The position numbers were made by a program, and so were the translations under genes. DNA of 64,000 bases. Origin: Mustelus asterias. Its lineage: Eukaryota. Where the stretch lies: assembly GCF_964213995.1 (NCBI RefSeq), contig NC_135811.1, positions 48,422,001 through 48,486,000 of the forward strand, read 5' to 3'. Position 1 is the stretch's first letter, and every line of letters begins with the position of its first letter. Shown here one piece after another: positions 1 through 12,692 of this stretch. Under the pieces are notes generated by a model, which saw nothing but the letters and a program-made list of their open reading frames with translations, was not told the origin of the DNA and did no database searches.

Positions 1-1294
1 GAGTGCTCTTGGTTCAACTGCTCCATGTGTGCCGAGTTTCTGTAGGAAGTCCGTAGTGTCGCGACAAAAGCTGGGGTTCTTTGTACAATGGGTTTCAGGA
101 TGCCCTCGACATAGCCGGAGAGGTTCTCGCACAGGGTCCCATTGCCCAATACAATGGAACGGCCGGGTGTGTTTGCCTTGTGTATCTTCAGGAGGCAGTA
201 GAGACCTCCAACGCGGGGAGTACGTGGGATGAGAGCACGGAGGGTGCTCTGAAGGTCCGGATCAAAGGTCTTGATCAGAGTGTTGAGTTGACGGGTGTGT
301 TCTTCGGTCGGATCTGCGGGTAACTGTCTGTAGTGTTCCTCGTTGTTCAGTTGTCGGTACACTTCTTTGCAGTAATCCATTCTGTTCAGTATGACGATGG
401 CCCCTCCTTTGTCTGCTGGCTTGATGACAATGTTGCGGTTGGTCTTGAGAGAGTGGATGGCGTTGTGTTGTGCTTGGGTGATGTTCGGGGCTGTCTTGTG
501 AATGCGGCTGATGAATTTGGTGTTGACGCACCTCCTGATGGCTTGGGCATACATGTCAAGTCGAGGGCAGCGGCCTTCCGGAGGAGTCCAATTCGACTCT
601 TCTTCGGTTGAACTGCGGATCTCTCTGTCGGCTGTTCCGGTTCATTGGCTGTCTCATTGTGTTCGCTGTTGGCCTCTTGGGGTTTGTGGAAGAACTCCCG
701 CAGCCTCATTCGCCTGATGAATTCCTCTGTGTCTGCTGCGAGACTGATGGGGTCTATTTTGGTGGTGGGGCAAAAATTAAGCCCTCGGCTGAGAACTTCG
801 ATTTCATCTGGTTGAAGTGTGTAGTCCAACAAGTTGACAATGGACTTTCATGCAGTGGTACTGTTTTCTACTGTGATACCGGGGGAGGCTTGGTTGCTGC
901 TGGTGGTGATGCCGAGTTTCTCAAGTTTCCTGTTCTTGGTGTGCATGTAGATGGTGTAGTTCCTTTGTCTCGTCTGCTTGGCAGAGTTTTGCAGCTGTTC
1001 TGCGTCCTGAGTGCAAGTTGAGAATATGGATTCTATCTTGGTTTCCAGGCTGCGGCGTTTGCTGTAGAGCTGGTGTATGAAGTGGTTGAGGAGCGTGAGA
1101 GAGGTGCGACGGCAAAGTCTCTCAGCGTTGCCTGTGTTATAGGTTGACCTGAATGGGTTCGTGATCTGTAGTCCTTTCGGTATCTTGTCTGCTTTCTTGC
1201 ATCTTTGTAGAAACTTGATGTCTGTGTCGATATGCGCGATCTTCTTGGAGATCCTCTCCACTTGGAACCTGTTGAGAGCAGATATCCACTCCAT
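1..1294 (-). pseudogene. Disrupted PLE reverse transcriptase ORF (N-terminal region)
   Basis: ORF pieces 848-1294 and 386-832 plus the DKG-containing frame below ~470 are separated by frameshifts. Confidence 0.85.
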
Positions 1295-1327
1295 CTGACG
1301 AAGGAGCAGCGCTCCGAAAGCTAATGG
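1291..1327 (+). ncRNA. Minimal type I hammerhead ribozyme motif in PLE pLTR
   Basis: CCAU-CUGACGA-A-GGAGC(agc)GCUCC-GAAA-GC-UA-AUGG: core boxes, 5-bp stem II, stem I CCAU/AUGG, palindromic AGCU at stem III. Confidence 0.8.
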
Positions 1328-1384
1328 CTTTTGCTACCAAATAAACCTGTTGGACTTTAACCTGGTGTTGTTAAAACTCTTGCA

Positions 1385-1695
1385 GCATTTATTGCCCATC
1401 CCTAGTTGCCCGAGGGCAGTTGAGAGTCAACCACATTGCTGTGGCTACGGAGTCACATGTAGCCAGACCAGGGAAGGGCAGCAGATTTCCTTCCCTAAAG
1501 GGCATTAGTGAACCAGATGGGCTTTTCCGACAATTGACAATTGTTTCATGGTCGTCAATAGATTCTTATTTTCAGATATTTTTGAATTCAAATTCCACCA
1601 TCTGCTGTGGCAGGATTTGAACCTGAGTCCCTGGAACATTAGCTGAGTTTCTGGATTAATAGTTTAGCGATAATACCACTAGGCCATTGCCTCCC
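1385..1695 (-). mobile_element. tRNA-derived SINE, family C (not HE1)
   Basis: Head gggaggcaatggcctagtgg...ggttcaaatcc (A/B boxes) on the minus strand; homologous to 3841-4235, 13041-13522 and 30862-31197. Confidence 0.8.
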
Positions 1696-1817
1696 CAGCA
1701 AGAGGGGGCTTTCTGATAGCCACCACTGCTCTAGTTGATGACTGCCCACCCTCTTCCCCCCCCCCCGCCCCCCCCCACCCCCTCCCCACCCAGCTCCCCT
1801 CACATCATACCTGTTCT

Positions 1818-1920
1818 TGTAAAGTAAAGTAAAGTTGTAAAGTTTATTTATTAGTCACAAGTAAGGCTTACATTAACACTGCAAAGAAGTTACTGTGAAA
1901 TTCCCCTAGTGAAATTCCCT
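1818..1920 (-). mobile_element. 3' tail only of HE1-like SINE variant B
   Basis: Reverse complement of ...ttcacagtaactt...gtaagccttacttgtgactaataaataaacttta; matches 54480-54550. Confidence 0.7.
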
Positions 1921-2304
1921 GTTCTTGCTGACCTACACTGGCTATTCATTCCCAATTCTCACTCTTTAGATTAATTCACCCCATGAACCTCATTTCTTGC
2001 TACATTTGTAACCTCCTCCAACCCTCCAACCTCTTTCCTTGACTCTCTGATCCAGGCCTCTTTCCCTTCACTTTGCCTTCAGCCTAAGGTTACCTCCCTA
2101 AATTGCTTTACTTCCCCACTTCCTCTAAGATGGTCCTTAATACTATTAAACCAATCCTTCATCCCAGTCCCAATCTCTCTTCCTTTGGCTCAGCATCTGT
2201 TTTCCTTTTCCTTGCATATCTCTAAAGTACCATGGGACATTTCTTCCACATTAAAAGGGCTACACAAATGCAAGCTGCTCTTCATATTGTTGCTTTATTT
2301 TTGA

Positions 2305-2675
2305 AGAAAAGGTTTGCATTTATATAGCCCCTTTCACAACCTAAAGGCATCCCAAATTGGTTAAATTGGTTAAAAGGCATCCCAAATTGGCGAACAATGC
2401 TATAGTAGACAAAATACTTTTGAAATGTAATCACTATTGTAATATCGCAAACATAGCAACCCAAGTACTCTCAGTGAGCTTCCACCTGTAGCAACAAGAT
2501 GGTAATTTGTGTTAATACTGTTTACGAGAAAAGTGTTGGCTTGGATACCAAGGCCTAATGCTCTACTCCTCCTTGAAATCATGGCATTGATTCTTTTCCA
2601 TCCACTTGAGAAGGCACAGATTTAGTATCTCATCCAAAAGCTGGCACCTCTGACAGTGCAGCACTCCCTCAGTGC
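2305..2675 (-). mobile_element. Old Deu-domain SINE relic (AmnSINE1/SacSINE1-like)
   Basis: Reverse complement reads gcactgagggagtgctgcactgtcagaggtgcc...ttttggatgag, with tail gctatataaatgcaa; related relics at 11290-11580 and 44385-44700. Confidence 0.6.
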
Positions 2676-3840
2676 AGTAATTCCCCACTTAAACTTGACT
2701 CAGTCAATATTGTTTCACTTTAATGTCATTCAGAAATTAGAGACTCTGCATCTGTTTAACATTGTGACGTTCACTATAAGGTTATTTGCAATAGACTTCC
2801 TGTTCTGTGACCTGTACATTGCACATGTGGACATGAAACTTTCCCCAGTGCTGTTGGGTCAGTGCATTGCTACCCTCCACTCCTGCCCTCTTTTTCCACC
2901 TGCCCCATCTCCCATTCCCACCTCCCATTCTCACCGTTAAAGTCTCCGGTGTCTGTTACCACCACTGGGGACTTTTTCAGCTCGATGCTCTGCCTAGTGT
3001 TGGTTGCCCCCACCTAGGATTTCTTCAGCTGACTCGTCTTCCCTCCGCTCACACTGAAATCCTGGGGCTTCTCCAGCTACTACCGGCACTGACCCACCTC
3101 TGTCACTAGATGGAGCATGGTCAATCCAAAATCACGTAGCTGATGAGTGTATTTTTTACATCGTCAGTTACCTCCCTAAATTACATGTCCATTGCATTTT
3201 TTTATATCAAATTTATTCTATTTCAAAAGTTATTTAATTTCTCGAATGTAGGCATTTAAGAATACAAAGCATTAGTTTTAATGTTTTTTTCTGCTCAAAG
3301 TATTTGAAATATCTAACCACAGTATTTCTTTTATATTTAGTGATTTACTTAATTTTATATATTATTTCAGCTAGGAATATACAATACAGCACATATGCAG
3401 TACAGTATTTCAACTGTACATTAGCTTGATGCAGTCAAGAATCTAACTTGTGTTTTAACATTGGTTCTTATGGAAACCTATGATTCACTTGGAGTTGCTT
3501 CACTTAAAGTTGCGATTTTCACAAATGCAACCACAATGTTAAGTGAGGAATTACCTCACTGCATTGAAACGTCCACCTGAACCTACAGCCCAAGTCTCTC
3601 ACCTTTGACCCAGGCAAGAGTGTTACCATTGAGGAATGTTACCTTGAGGAAACATAACTGATTAACTTAATTAATGAGCTCCTGAGAACACTGTGATACT
3701 TCTGTAATGGGCAAATGTGCAACCCACAGAATCAATGTGTGGTACACTTTTTCCAAAATTTTAATTTATGTAGATTTGTGGTATATTTAGGCATCATATT
3801 TTTAAATGTATCGGTGTTATAGTAGATTTAAGATTTTTTT

Positions 3841-4235
3841 TTCTTTATTCTTTCATGGGATGTGAGAGTCATTAGCAAGACCAGCATTTCTTACCCATTC
3901 TAAATTGCCCTTAAACTGAGTGGCTTGTTAGACCACATCAGAGGGCAGCTAATAGTCAACCACATTGCTGTGGATTTGGAGTCACACATAGGCCAGACCA
4001 GATAAGGATGGCAGATTTCCTTCCTTTAAGGGCATTAGTGAACCAGATGGGTCTTTATGACAGTCAATAGTAGTTTCATGGTCACCGTTACTTGAGATGA
4101 ATTTTATTATCCAGATTTATCAATTGAATTTAAATTCCAGCAGCTGCCACGGTGGGATTTGAACCCATGTCCCCAGATCATTAGCCTGGGTCACTGATTA
4201 CATCCCTTGACAATACCTTTACACCACCATCTCCC
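3841..4235 (-). mobile_element. tRNA-derived SINE family C
   Basis: Aligns by eye with 1385-1695. Confidence 0.75.
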
Positions 4236-5145
4236 CACTGATATGGTAGCATATTTAAGGGAGTATAGGTGTAGAGTACTGATTTAGTATATTTAAGGTG
4301 TCTAGGCCTATCTGGTTTGAGTTTCATTACCCTGCTCGACTCAGGTAAATAAAATCCCATGGTCTTTTCAGCAAACCTTAAACGGAAAAGAATATCGTAA
4401 AAACTCTAATTGCAAACTCTCATGAAAGAATTCTCTAGTTCTCCTGAGTTCAAAGCTTCCTCTAATTGGAATTAATGTATTTAGAAAAATTGACTTTACA
4501 TTCAAAGAAATATATATTCTTTTGATATTGCCATTCCCCCAGAATTCCCTCATGTTGTTCCATTATTCACTATTCCATTATTCGGTGCAGACTCGATGGG
4601 CCGATTGGCCTCCTTCTGCACTGTAGGAATTCTATGATTCTATTCATGTCAATTCCTTCTTTCCTATCTTCAGTTTCACTTGGAACATTTTGGTTAGTTG
4701 CGCTTTATTTAGAAATATGGTTTCTTCACATTTGTTTTAACCTCTCCAGTATTTTTGAGAGTAATTGACCCTTTTGGTTCCACTAAATAACTAATGTCCC
4801 CAGGTCTTGCATCTCCTCTGTCAGAATTTCAAAGCAGAGCCAATACAACGTAGTTGCATTTTTGAACTTATTCTTGAACTGTTTGACTCAAACTTAATTC
4901 ATAAATTGTGTGTGCAGTGATTGATTTGCCTTGCCTCTTGGAAGAATCTTTGCTTTCGCCGTCACGCCAGAATATTACCATTGCTGCTCTGAGGTGAGAC
5001 TTTGACCTCCGAAGTCAGAAGCAAAGGAACAACTGCTGCACAGTGTCACCTGGAAGGAATAACTGGAAAACTCAGTGAAAATGGATACAAAGGTGGTCAA
5101 GATACTCTTGCAAGCAGGTGGGTATTTATTATATATCAGTCATAA

Positions 5146-5405
5146 GTAAGTCTTACATTAACACTGCAATGAAGTTACTGTGAAATTCCCCTCGCCGTCG
5201 CACTCCGGCGCCTGTTTGGGTCACTGTACCTAACAAGCATGTCTTTCAGACGGTGGGAGGAAACTGGAGCACCCAGAGGAAACCCATACAGACATGGGGA
5301 GAACGTACAAACTCCACCCAGACAGCGAGTGACCAAGGCAAGAATTGAATCTGGGTCGCTGGCGCTGTGAGGCAGCAGTGTTAATCACTGTGCCACCGTG
5401 CCGCC
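5146..5405 (-). mobile_element. HE1-like V-SINE, variant B tail
   Basis: HE1 head/body (ggcacggtggcacagtg...tggagtttgtacgttctcccc) joined to the variant-B tail. Confidence 0.85.
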
Positions 5406-5435
5406 CCCATGTATGTAGTGAAACAGATGACAAAA

Positions 5436-5560
5436 ACTGACATGGGGTCATCCAGACTGTTGGCTCTATTCTCTCTCCACAGATGCTGTCAGACCTGCTG
5501 AGTTTCTCCAGCATTTTCTGTTTTTGTTTCAGATTCCAGCATCTGCAGCATTTTGTCTTT
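5436..5560 (+). mobile_element. Short PLE-derived repeat, family 2 (decayed hammerhead + tail)
   Basis: ctgac..gggtcatccagact...ctctctccacagatgctgtcagacctgctgag...; shared with 6878, 12555, 14966, 31376 and 52648. Confidence 0.65.
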
Positions 5561-6409
5561 ATCGAGGTGACAGAAGCCACTTGACTCCCAAAAAGCTTCC
5601 ATACATGAGCTACCAACTCAGCATCCAGAGTTGGACCTGTTGATGGGCAACATTGTGCCATTTCCCTTTTAAAGGCACTGCAAACAAAACACGCTAAATA
5701 AACTGCCCCAAAGAATCAGCAACTTCTGTAGCGAGGTCCAAGGTTCTGTACAAGGCCTACGCTGAATGAGCCGATGTCCAGTTTATCAGCAGTCCAGATA
5801 TTCCATTTAGTCTCCGGGTTCTAGGTGTTGGAAAGATAAGTTGCTAAGTTTTCACAATGCTGGTGGCTTTCCTTGGCCCTTATGTGAGCACTTGTACGGA
5901 CAATGGGCGAAGACAAGAGTCATAAATGAGGGAAAATACAGCCCATGGAACATTCTCGTTGAAAGAACTAGATGTCACGCAAGAACATATTTTTAAAAGG
6001 TTACATCTGATATTTTAAATCTGTGAATTTGATGCCTTGATAGTTCAGTGTTGAAGGACTGAGATATGGGATTAACAATAGCCCAAACAATTGCCATCAA
6101 CCATTCACCTCCTCCTTCCAGAGAAACCTGTTATTACCTTGAGCCACTCGGCTCAAGGTATGAATTCCACTCGGGACAATAGATGTTGTGTTGGAACACA
6201 CTGCCAGGTTTTTTTATACATGTTGAACTGTTTGTTTCTATCACATCCCTCTGTTAGGTAGATTTGTTGCTCCTTGATAGAGAGAATTTCTTAAAACATT
6301 ATATGACTACCTTTTCACCGATTGTCCAGTGATTCGCGGAGATGACATCCCCCTACCCCCCTTCGTTCAGGGCAGCCTCTACACTTCCTGAATTAGATCA
6401 TTAGCCTGG

Positions 6410-6690
6410 ACAGTTTGTATTCATACATTTATATCTATATATTGTATACAATTTAGATCTATACATTTATATATTCATTTATATACAGTTTATGCCTATA
6501 CATTCAGTCCGGGCCGTTTATATCTATACATTTTGCATTTGTATCCATATATTTGTACACAGCTTATGCCTATACATTTAGTCTGGGCAATATATGTCTA
6601 TATTTATACATTTGTATCAGTATACTTATATACAGTTTTATATCTATACATTTAGTCTGGACGGTTTTGTATCTATTCATTTGGCCAGAC
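6410..6690. repeat. Degenerate AT-rich tandem repeat (tatatctatacattt / atttagtctggg motifs)
   Basis: Recurrent tatacatt(t) units. Confidence 0.7.
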
Positions 6691-6723
6691 ATCAAATAAT
6701 ATATGATGGTAAATGGATATATG

Positions 6724-6834
6724 CACTGGAATTTTTCTGTTCTGCCCGTCATGGAAATCATAGGGGGGTGGGGGTGGGGTCATGCAAAGGTCCATTGACC
6801 TCAGGTGGGATTTTCCAGCTGGAAAATCCCTCCC
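6724..6834. mobile_element. Harbinger-like MITE relic
   Basis: ctggaattttt...ggaaaatccctccc ends; internal catgcaaaggt shared with the element at 63005. Confidence 0.5.
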
Positions 6835-6877
6835 ATGCTGTCCACCCTCAGGTGCATGAATTCAACTACAATTAAAT

Positions 6878-7010
6878 TCCGTGGAAGAATCATAATGGAT
6901 CCGAAACGTTAACTCTGTTTCTCTCTCCACAGATGTTGTCGGATCCGATGAGCTTTTCCAGCAGTCTCTGTTTTTATTTCAGATTTCCGGCGTCCGCGGT
7001 ATTTAGCATT
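6878..7010 (+). mobile_element. Short PLE-derived repeat, family 2
   Basis: gaaacgttaactctgtttctctctccacagatg... Confidence 0.6.
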
Positions 7011-8317
7011 TACGATTTGATTCAGTTGCAAACTGCAGCAAAATGTTTCGACCTGAAGTGATCTCACTTTGCTGTCGTCGTCAGTCGCTGTTCTCAGTAT
7101 CACTATTTTCAGTTTGCAGCAGGGAAAATGACCTTGATGGTCTTATAGCTCCAGAGACAAATAATAGATGTGGCAAAACTGCCCCTACAAAGGCATTCAT
7201 CACCGGCCACCAAACATTAACCGAATGCTAGATATATTTTGGATTTTAATGCAAAAAAAAAACCTCACAGGAGAGCAAATATTTAAATGCTTAGACTGGC
7301 CGCATCGATTTTTAACAACAGCATTAGACTTCCTGAATTCCATCTATACCTGTTCTTTCAGATCAAAGGCAAGATATTACTGAAAGGCTCAAAGAGGATA
7401 ATTAAAACCTGCCTGTATGCAGTGAGCTAGCAGAATACAATAGTGCTGTCAAGTATCTATTCATGCTAGGAGATTTATGGTAATGAAAACCATGCTTGAC
7501 CACTCAGGAGAAATATTATATAGCCCTCTTAATTGTTTAGAATGTAGAGCAGGGAATTTTGTGATTAAACATGGTACGCAATTATGCAGGAAGCCATCTC
7601 TGCTGAAACCAATAGCAAATTAGTTTTGTATCACAACTCTTAGTGACGCAGTATTTCACCCCTGAAAGAATGCCAAAAATCAACTGATTTAGTTGACGTT
7701 TTGTTCTATTAGCCTTTAGCTGCAAAGATAGGTGAGGTAACACACAATTGCGATCTGATCACTGTGGATTTTGAGTGACAAAGCAGTACATCAAACGATA
7801 AATCAACACCAAAGTGAGGGGATGACATAAAGTTGGCAGCTCACACACTTAAAAGATACTTCAGAGCAAAGGAAAGTACTGGAACTGAAGACAGCAATGA
7901 TTAGGCGAACGTGATTTACTAAAAAAGGGAAAACAACAGATCTGTGTTTATATAGTGCTTTTTGTTACAAATATGAAGTTAATCAAATTGTTGCTTTGGG
8001 ATTACTGCTTTAACTCCTGGTCGACAGGATGAATGAAGGGGTCATGTGATCTGTTCCAAATTCTGCCTGACAACAAGTCTGGGTGGTTTGTGTTCAGTAG
8101 GAGGTCTAATCTTGGACTAATAGGAAACTACGAGGTAACTAAGTGTAAACAAACAGGAACGGTTTATTCAACATCATGTCAGTCGGGCAGCCGGCACAAG
8201 ACTGACCGAGCAAACTCCACCCAGGGTGGACCTTGTGCCCTGGATCACCTGACCCGTTCTCTCAAAGGGACATATGCCCAACCACATACATAATAGCTTG
8301 GTCGCAATGAGGATGGG

Positions 8318-9322
8318 ATAACAAAACAAAAGAACAATACAGCACAGGAACAGGCCCTTCGGCCCTCCAAGCCCGCGCCGCTCCCTGGTCCCAACTAGAC
8401 CATTCTTTTGTATCCCTCCATTCCCACTCCGTTCATGTGGCTATCTCGATAAGTCTTAAACGTTCCCAGTGTGTCTGCCTTCACCACCTTCACGTCCTTC
8501 AGGTACTGTGGCGACCAGAACTGGGCGCAGTATTCCAAATGCGGCCGAACCAACGTTCTATACAACTGCAAAATCAGACCCCAACTTTTATACTCTATGC
8601 CCCGTCCTATAAAGGCAAGCATGCCATATGCATTATTCACTACCTTCTCCACCTGTGACGTCACCTTCAAGGATCTGTGGACTTGCACACCCAGGTCCCT
8701 CTGCGTATCTACACCCTTTATGGTTCTGCCATTTATCGTATAGCTCCCCCCTACGTTAGTTCTACCAAAATGCATCACTTCGCATTTATCTGGATTGAAC
8801 TCCATCTGCCATTTCTTTGCCCAAATTTCCAGCCTATCTATATCCTTCGGTAGCCTCTGACAATGTTCCTCACTATCTGCAAGTCCAGCCATTTTTGTGT
8901 CATCCGCAAACTTACTGATCACCCCAGTTACACCTTCTTCCAGATCGTTTATATAAATCACAAACAGCAGAGGTCCCAATACAGAGCCCTGCGGAACACC
9001 ACTAGTCACAGGCCTCCAGCCGGAAAAAGACCCTTCCACTACCACCCTCTGTCTTCTGTGACCAAGCCAGTTCTCCACCCATCTAGCCACCTCCCCCTTT
9101 ATCCCATGAGATCCAACCTTTTGCACCAACCTACCATGAGGGACTTTGTCAAACGCTTTACTAAAGTCCATATAGACGACATCCACGGCCCTTCTCGCGT
9201 CAACCATTCTAGTCACTTCTTCAAAAAACTCCACCAGGTTAGTGAGGCAGGACCTCCCTCTCACAAAACCATGCTGACTATCGTTAATGAGTTTATTCCT
9301 TTCTAAATGCGCATACATCCTA
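8318..9322 (-). mobile_element. CR1 LINE, 5'-truncated, with internal deletion
   Basis: RT motifs QHGF, DFSKAFDKV, GVPQGSVLGP, FADD; CR1 3' tail gggcctgttcctgtgctgtattgttc. Confidence 0.93.
8395..9322 (-). pseudogene. CR1 ORF2 RT-domain fragment, open but lacking the endonuclease
   Basis: ORF 8395-9360; the first ~13 codons are flanking DNA. Confidence 0.85.
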
Positions 9323-10194
9323 TGGATGTGGGGGGCAGATTGACTTACTAGGAAGAACATATAAGATGTTCACATCTGCAAGCAATGGCAAGATCAGCTG
9401 TGCTGAGTGTGGGTAGGCTTTTAGTCTCCAAGTTTTGGGCTGAAAGGAGAGAGAGGGGTCTCACGGAGGCGAAAGACTACAATTAGTGTGTAGTCAGCAG
9501 AGACGAAGCTATGAATTTCCTGCAATTTACTGGACAGAATGAGGAAGGTACACAGTCTCTGGTTAAAGATATGTATCCTGTGGCCATTTGAGGAATCCAC
9601 AAGACACGTCCTAGCTCATCCGAAAGGGGAAAGAATCGCTGACAAAGGCCTTATTGCTGTCAGCTTGGGAATTCTCCAGAAACTGGGAGAAACACCTTTT
9701 GGTCATCACTCGTTGTTACAATTTGGCAAATTGGGGAGTGACAAACCTATTCGAAGCTGAGGATGATGTTTGACTGTTTCTTATAAAAGGGAAATATAAC
9801 TGATGTGGGCTTTTCAGTGATGTTATAAAGTTAAATGGGGAATATCCTTTCTGTAGAGTATAACTTGCGGACTAAATAGTGTTTAGTTAATGTTGCCTTT
9901 AGTTTGTTACCATAAAAATTTTTAAACTTAACATCTTGTTTAGCCTTTAATTTAAATTTTCAAAGTTATCTCTATGGGGGTCATTAAACGTTTATAACTT
10001 CAGGATCGTGTTTGGTGCTTTGTAATCAATTAAGTGGTTCTGAAGTGTAGTCACAAACATTATAAGACAAGGTTAGTTTATTCCACTGCCATCAAAACTG
10101 AAGAAACTTTCTAATAACGCATAACTGCAAGATACAAACTATTTACAGAAAATATTCCCCGCCAATCCTCCAGATGTCCGTCCTAATTTAGGGA

Positions 10195-10500
10195 AGCATG
10201 TTGGCACAGTGGTTAGCACTGCTGCCTCACAGCACCAGGGACCCTGGGTTCGATTCCCGGCTCAGGTCACTGCCTGTGTGGAGTTTGCACGTTCTCCCCG
10301 TGTCTGCGTGGGTTTCCTCTGGGTGCTCCAGTTTCCTCCCACAGTCCGAAAGACGTGCTAGTTAGGTGCATTGGCCATGCTAGATTCTCCCTCAGTGTAC
10401 CCGAGCAGATGCTAGAGTGGTGACTAGGGGATTTTCACAGTAACTTCATTGCAGTGTTAATGTAAGCCTACTTGTGACATTAATAAAAAATAAAATAAAA
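10195..10500 (+). mobile_element. HE1-like V-SINE, variant B tail
   Basis: tRNA head with B box ggttcgattcc, V domain, tail ...tacttgtgacattaataaaa. Confidence 0.88.
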
Positions 10501-10748
10501 GATAGCCTCCTGCACTGTGGAGATTCTATAATCAGCTCTTCAACTCAGCCACACACCAGGCTTGTCCTGCTCCCCAGCTCCTGGCTGTACTCCTGCTCTG
10601 TCTCTCTCTCTCTCTCTATGTCTCTCTCATGAGGCTTCTCAGACTCGGGGGTGCTGCCAGTGAGTCTGACTAGGTTTCCAATTCCCTCCCTGGCTCCTTA
10701 GCTGCCCTCAGGGGTTGCAAGCTGTCCTAACCTCCTGCCAACCCGCTT

Positions 10749-11166
10749 TAAGACCATAAGACATAGGAGCAGAATTAGGCCATTCGGCCCATCGAGTCTG
10801 CTCCGCCATTCAATCATGGCTGATATTTTTCTCATCCCCATTCTCCTGCCTTTTCCCCATAACCCCTGATCCCCTTATTAATAAGAACCTATCTATCTCT
10901 GTCTTAAAGATAATGACCTGACCTTCACAGCCTTCTGCGGCAAAGAGTTTCACAGATTCTTCTGGCTGAAGAAATTTCTCCTCATCTCTGTTTCAAAGGA
11001 TCGTCTCTTTAGCCTGAGGTTGTGATCTCTGGTTCTAGTTTTTCCTACTAATGGAAACACCCTTTTCACATCCACTCTATCCAGGCCTCGCAGTATCCTG
11101 TACGTTTCAATAAGATCCCCCCTCATCCTTCTAAACTCCAACGAGTACAGACCCAGAGTCCTCAAC
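10749..11166 (-). mobile_element. CR1 LINE 3' fragment
   Basis: LGLYSLEFRRMRGDLIETY and CR1 3' UTR. Confidence 0.9.
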
Positions 11167-11289
11167 TTTGGATTAATCCTTGCCGTTCTCTCCCTTGCCT
11201 CATGACCTCTGACCCTGCGCCTGCTCCTCAGCTTGTCAGAGACACTATTCGCTGCAGGGAGGGGCCACCAAGGCAGATATTTTGCCTGC

Positions 11290-11580
11290 AGCAAGTTTCC
11301 AAAGAATTTATAATGAGCAGATAATCTGATTTTCATGATGTTGGGTTTTGAGATCAAAATTTGTCATCACAACAGGACGAACTCCCCAGTTAATTTCCAC
11401 AATCATGCAAAGGGATCAATTGTGTTCACCTAAAAGTTTAGACATCTGACAGAGAGAATGTCCAAGAGTGCAGCACTCCCTGACAGCTGAATGTTCATTT
11501 AAATTTAGTGCTCAGGTCTCTTTGAATTGGTAACCTTCTGATCTTGAGTCAAGAATGCTATCATTAAACCACAACAGACA
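11290..11580 (-). mobile_element. Deu-domain SINE relic
   Basis: agtgcagcactccct core plus a degenerate tRNA-like head. Confidence 0.45.
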
Positions 11581-12554
11581 CCCCATTGCTCAGTTGCTTA
11601 CTTCCTCAGATATCTCTCCAACTCATAGAATCTCTACAGTGCAGAAGGAGGCCATTCGACCTGTAGGCCGAAACTCTACCACCTCCCCCACCCCGGGATC
11701 TCTAAAGGTTTAGGGAAACCTTGACCAAGAAATATCCTCAATGTAGAATCTATCTTCTTCACTAAAGCATCCTTCAGGGTACAGGTCTTCTTACGACGCT
11801 TGGTCTCTTCCGACTTATCGCTGGCAAACAAAGGCTGCATATGTCTTTTATCCACAATCCTCCACTCGCTTCCAGAAGATTCTTTGTCATCCAGCCAATT
11901 GTGTAACCAGAAACTGATCACATAGCTCGAACATCCAGTGAAATTACTTGCGAATAACGCCCTTATGCTTAGATCAAACTGCAAGCTCCACACATAATAG
12001 CCATATAAATTGAAGCAACGCTGTCTGGGTTAATGTAAACCAACACAGGAAGCTTCAGATCACAGCCCCAGACAAGAGCCTTACCCAGAGCAACTTTACG
12101 ACCTGCATCTGGTTTTAATCTATAAATTCATCAAAAAATCCCAGCATGCTTAACTCTCAGCCAGAAAAGCCATTTTAAAGCCACTGTTGCCATTATTGTT
12201 GTTAAATTATTGTTGCAGCCGTTCTCTCTCCATCCACACATGGCTATCACCAGAAGTGTGTACCACAGATACCATTTTGCTGCCAAAACAGTGCTTGTAG
12301 CCTGAAAAAATGGTTGCTAAGGATCTGAGTTTCATAATCCTCAAATATAAACACAGTTCTCTTTCTCATTTCTTAGTTTGAACTTGTGTCACCTGGATTC
12401 AGTTTGTGATGATTGCAAACATATTAAGGGGTTCGACTCATCTAATTGCTTATTAATCTTGAGTAATCTCTTGTCTGAACACCTTTTCTTCAGAGTAAAC
12501 AATCTCTCCTTGCGGCTCAGATGCCTGGATGATTACTTCTATTAATGTGTTAAG

Positions 12555-12692
12555 TAAAAACAGTGCTGGAAGTACGCAGCAGCCTTGGCAGCAGGGCTGG
12601 GGCATCTCACCACAGATGCTACCAGACCAGCTGAGTGTTTCCAGCACTTCCTGTTTGATTTCAGATTTCCAGCATCCGCTGTATTTTATTTT
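12555..12692 (+). mobile_element. PLE-derived family 2 tail with a short inverted 5' piece
   Basis: aaaaacagtgctggaagtacgcagcag (inverted), then ccacagatgctaccagaccagctgag... Confidence 0.55.

Larger units (their letters stand above)
1..1384 (-). mobile_element. Penelope-like element (PLE), 5' part, running off the window start, with an inverted pLTR piece at ~1270-1384
   Basis: Minus-strand frames give PLE N-terminal motifs LSRGLNFCP, IVIKPADKGGAIVILN (DKG motif) and KIHK..PGRPIV. 1286-1380 matches the pLTR end seen at 47939-48040. Confidence 0.9.

Noticed and set aside
9325-9940. Possible plus-strand LTR relic flanking the CR1
   Set aside because: LTR-like composition, but no termini or TSD could be fixed.
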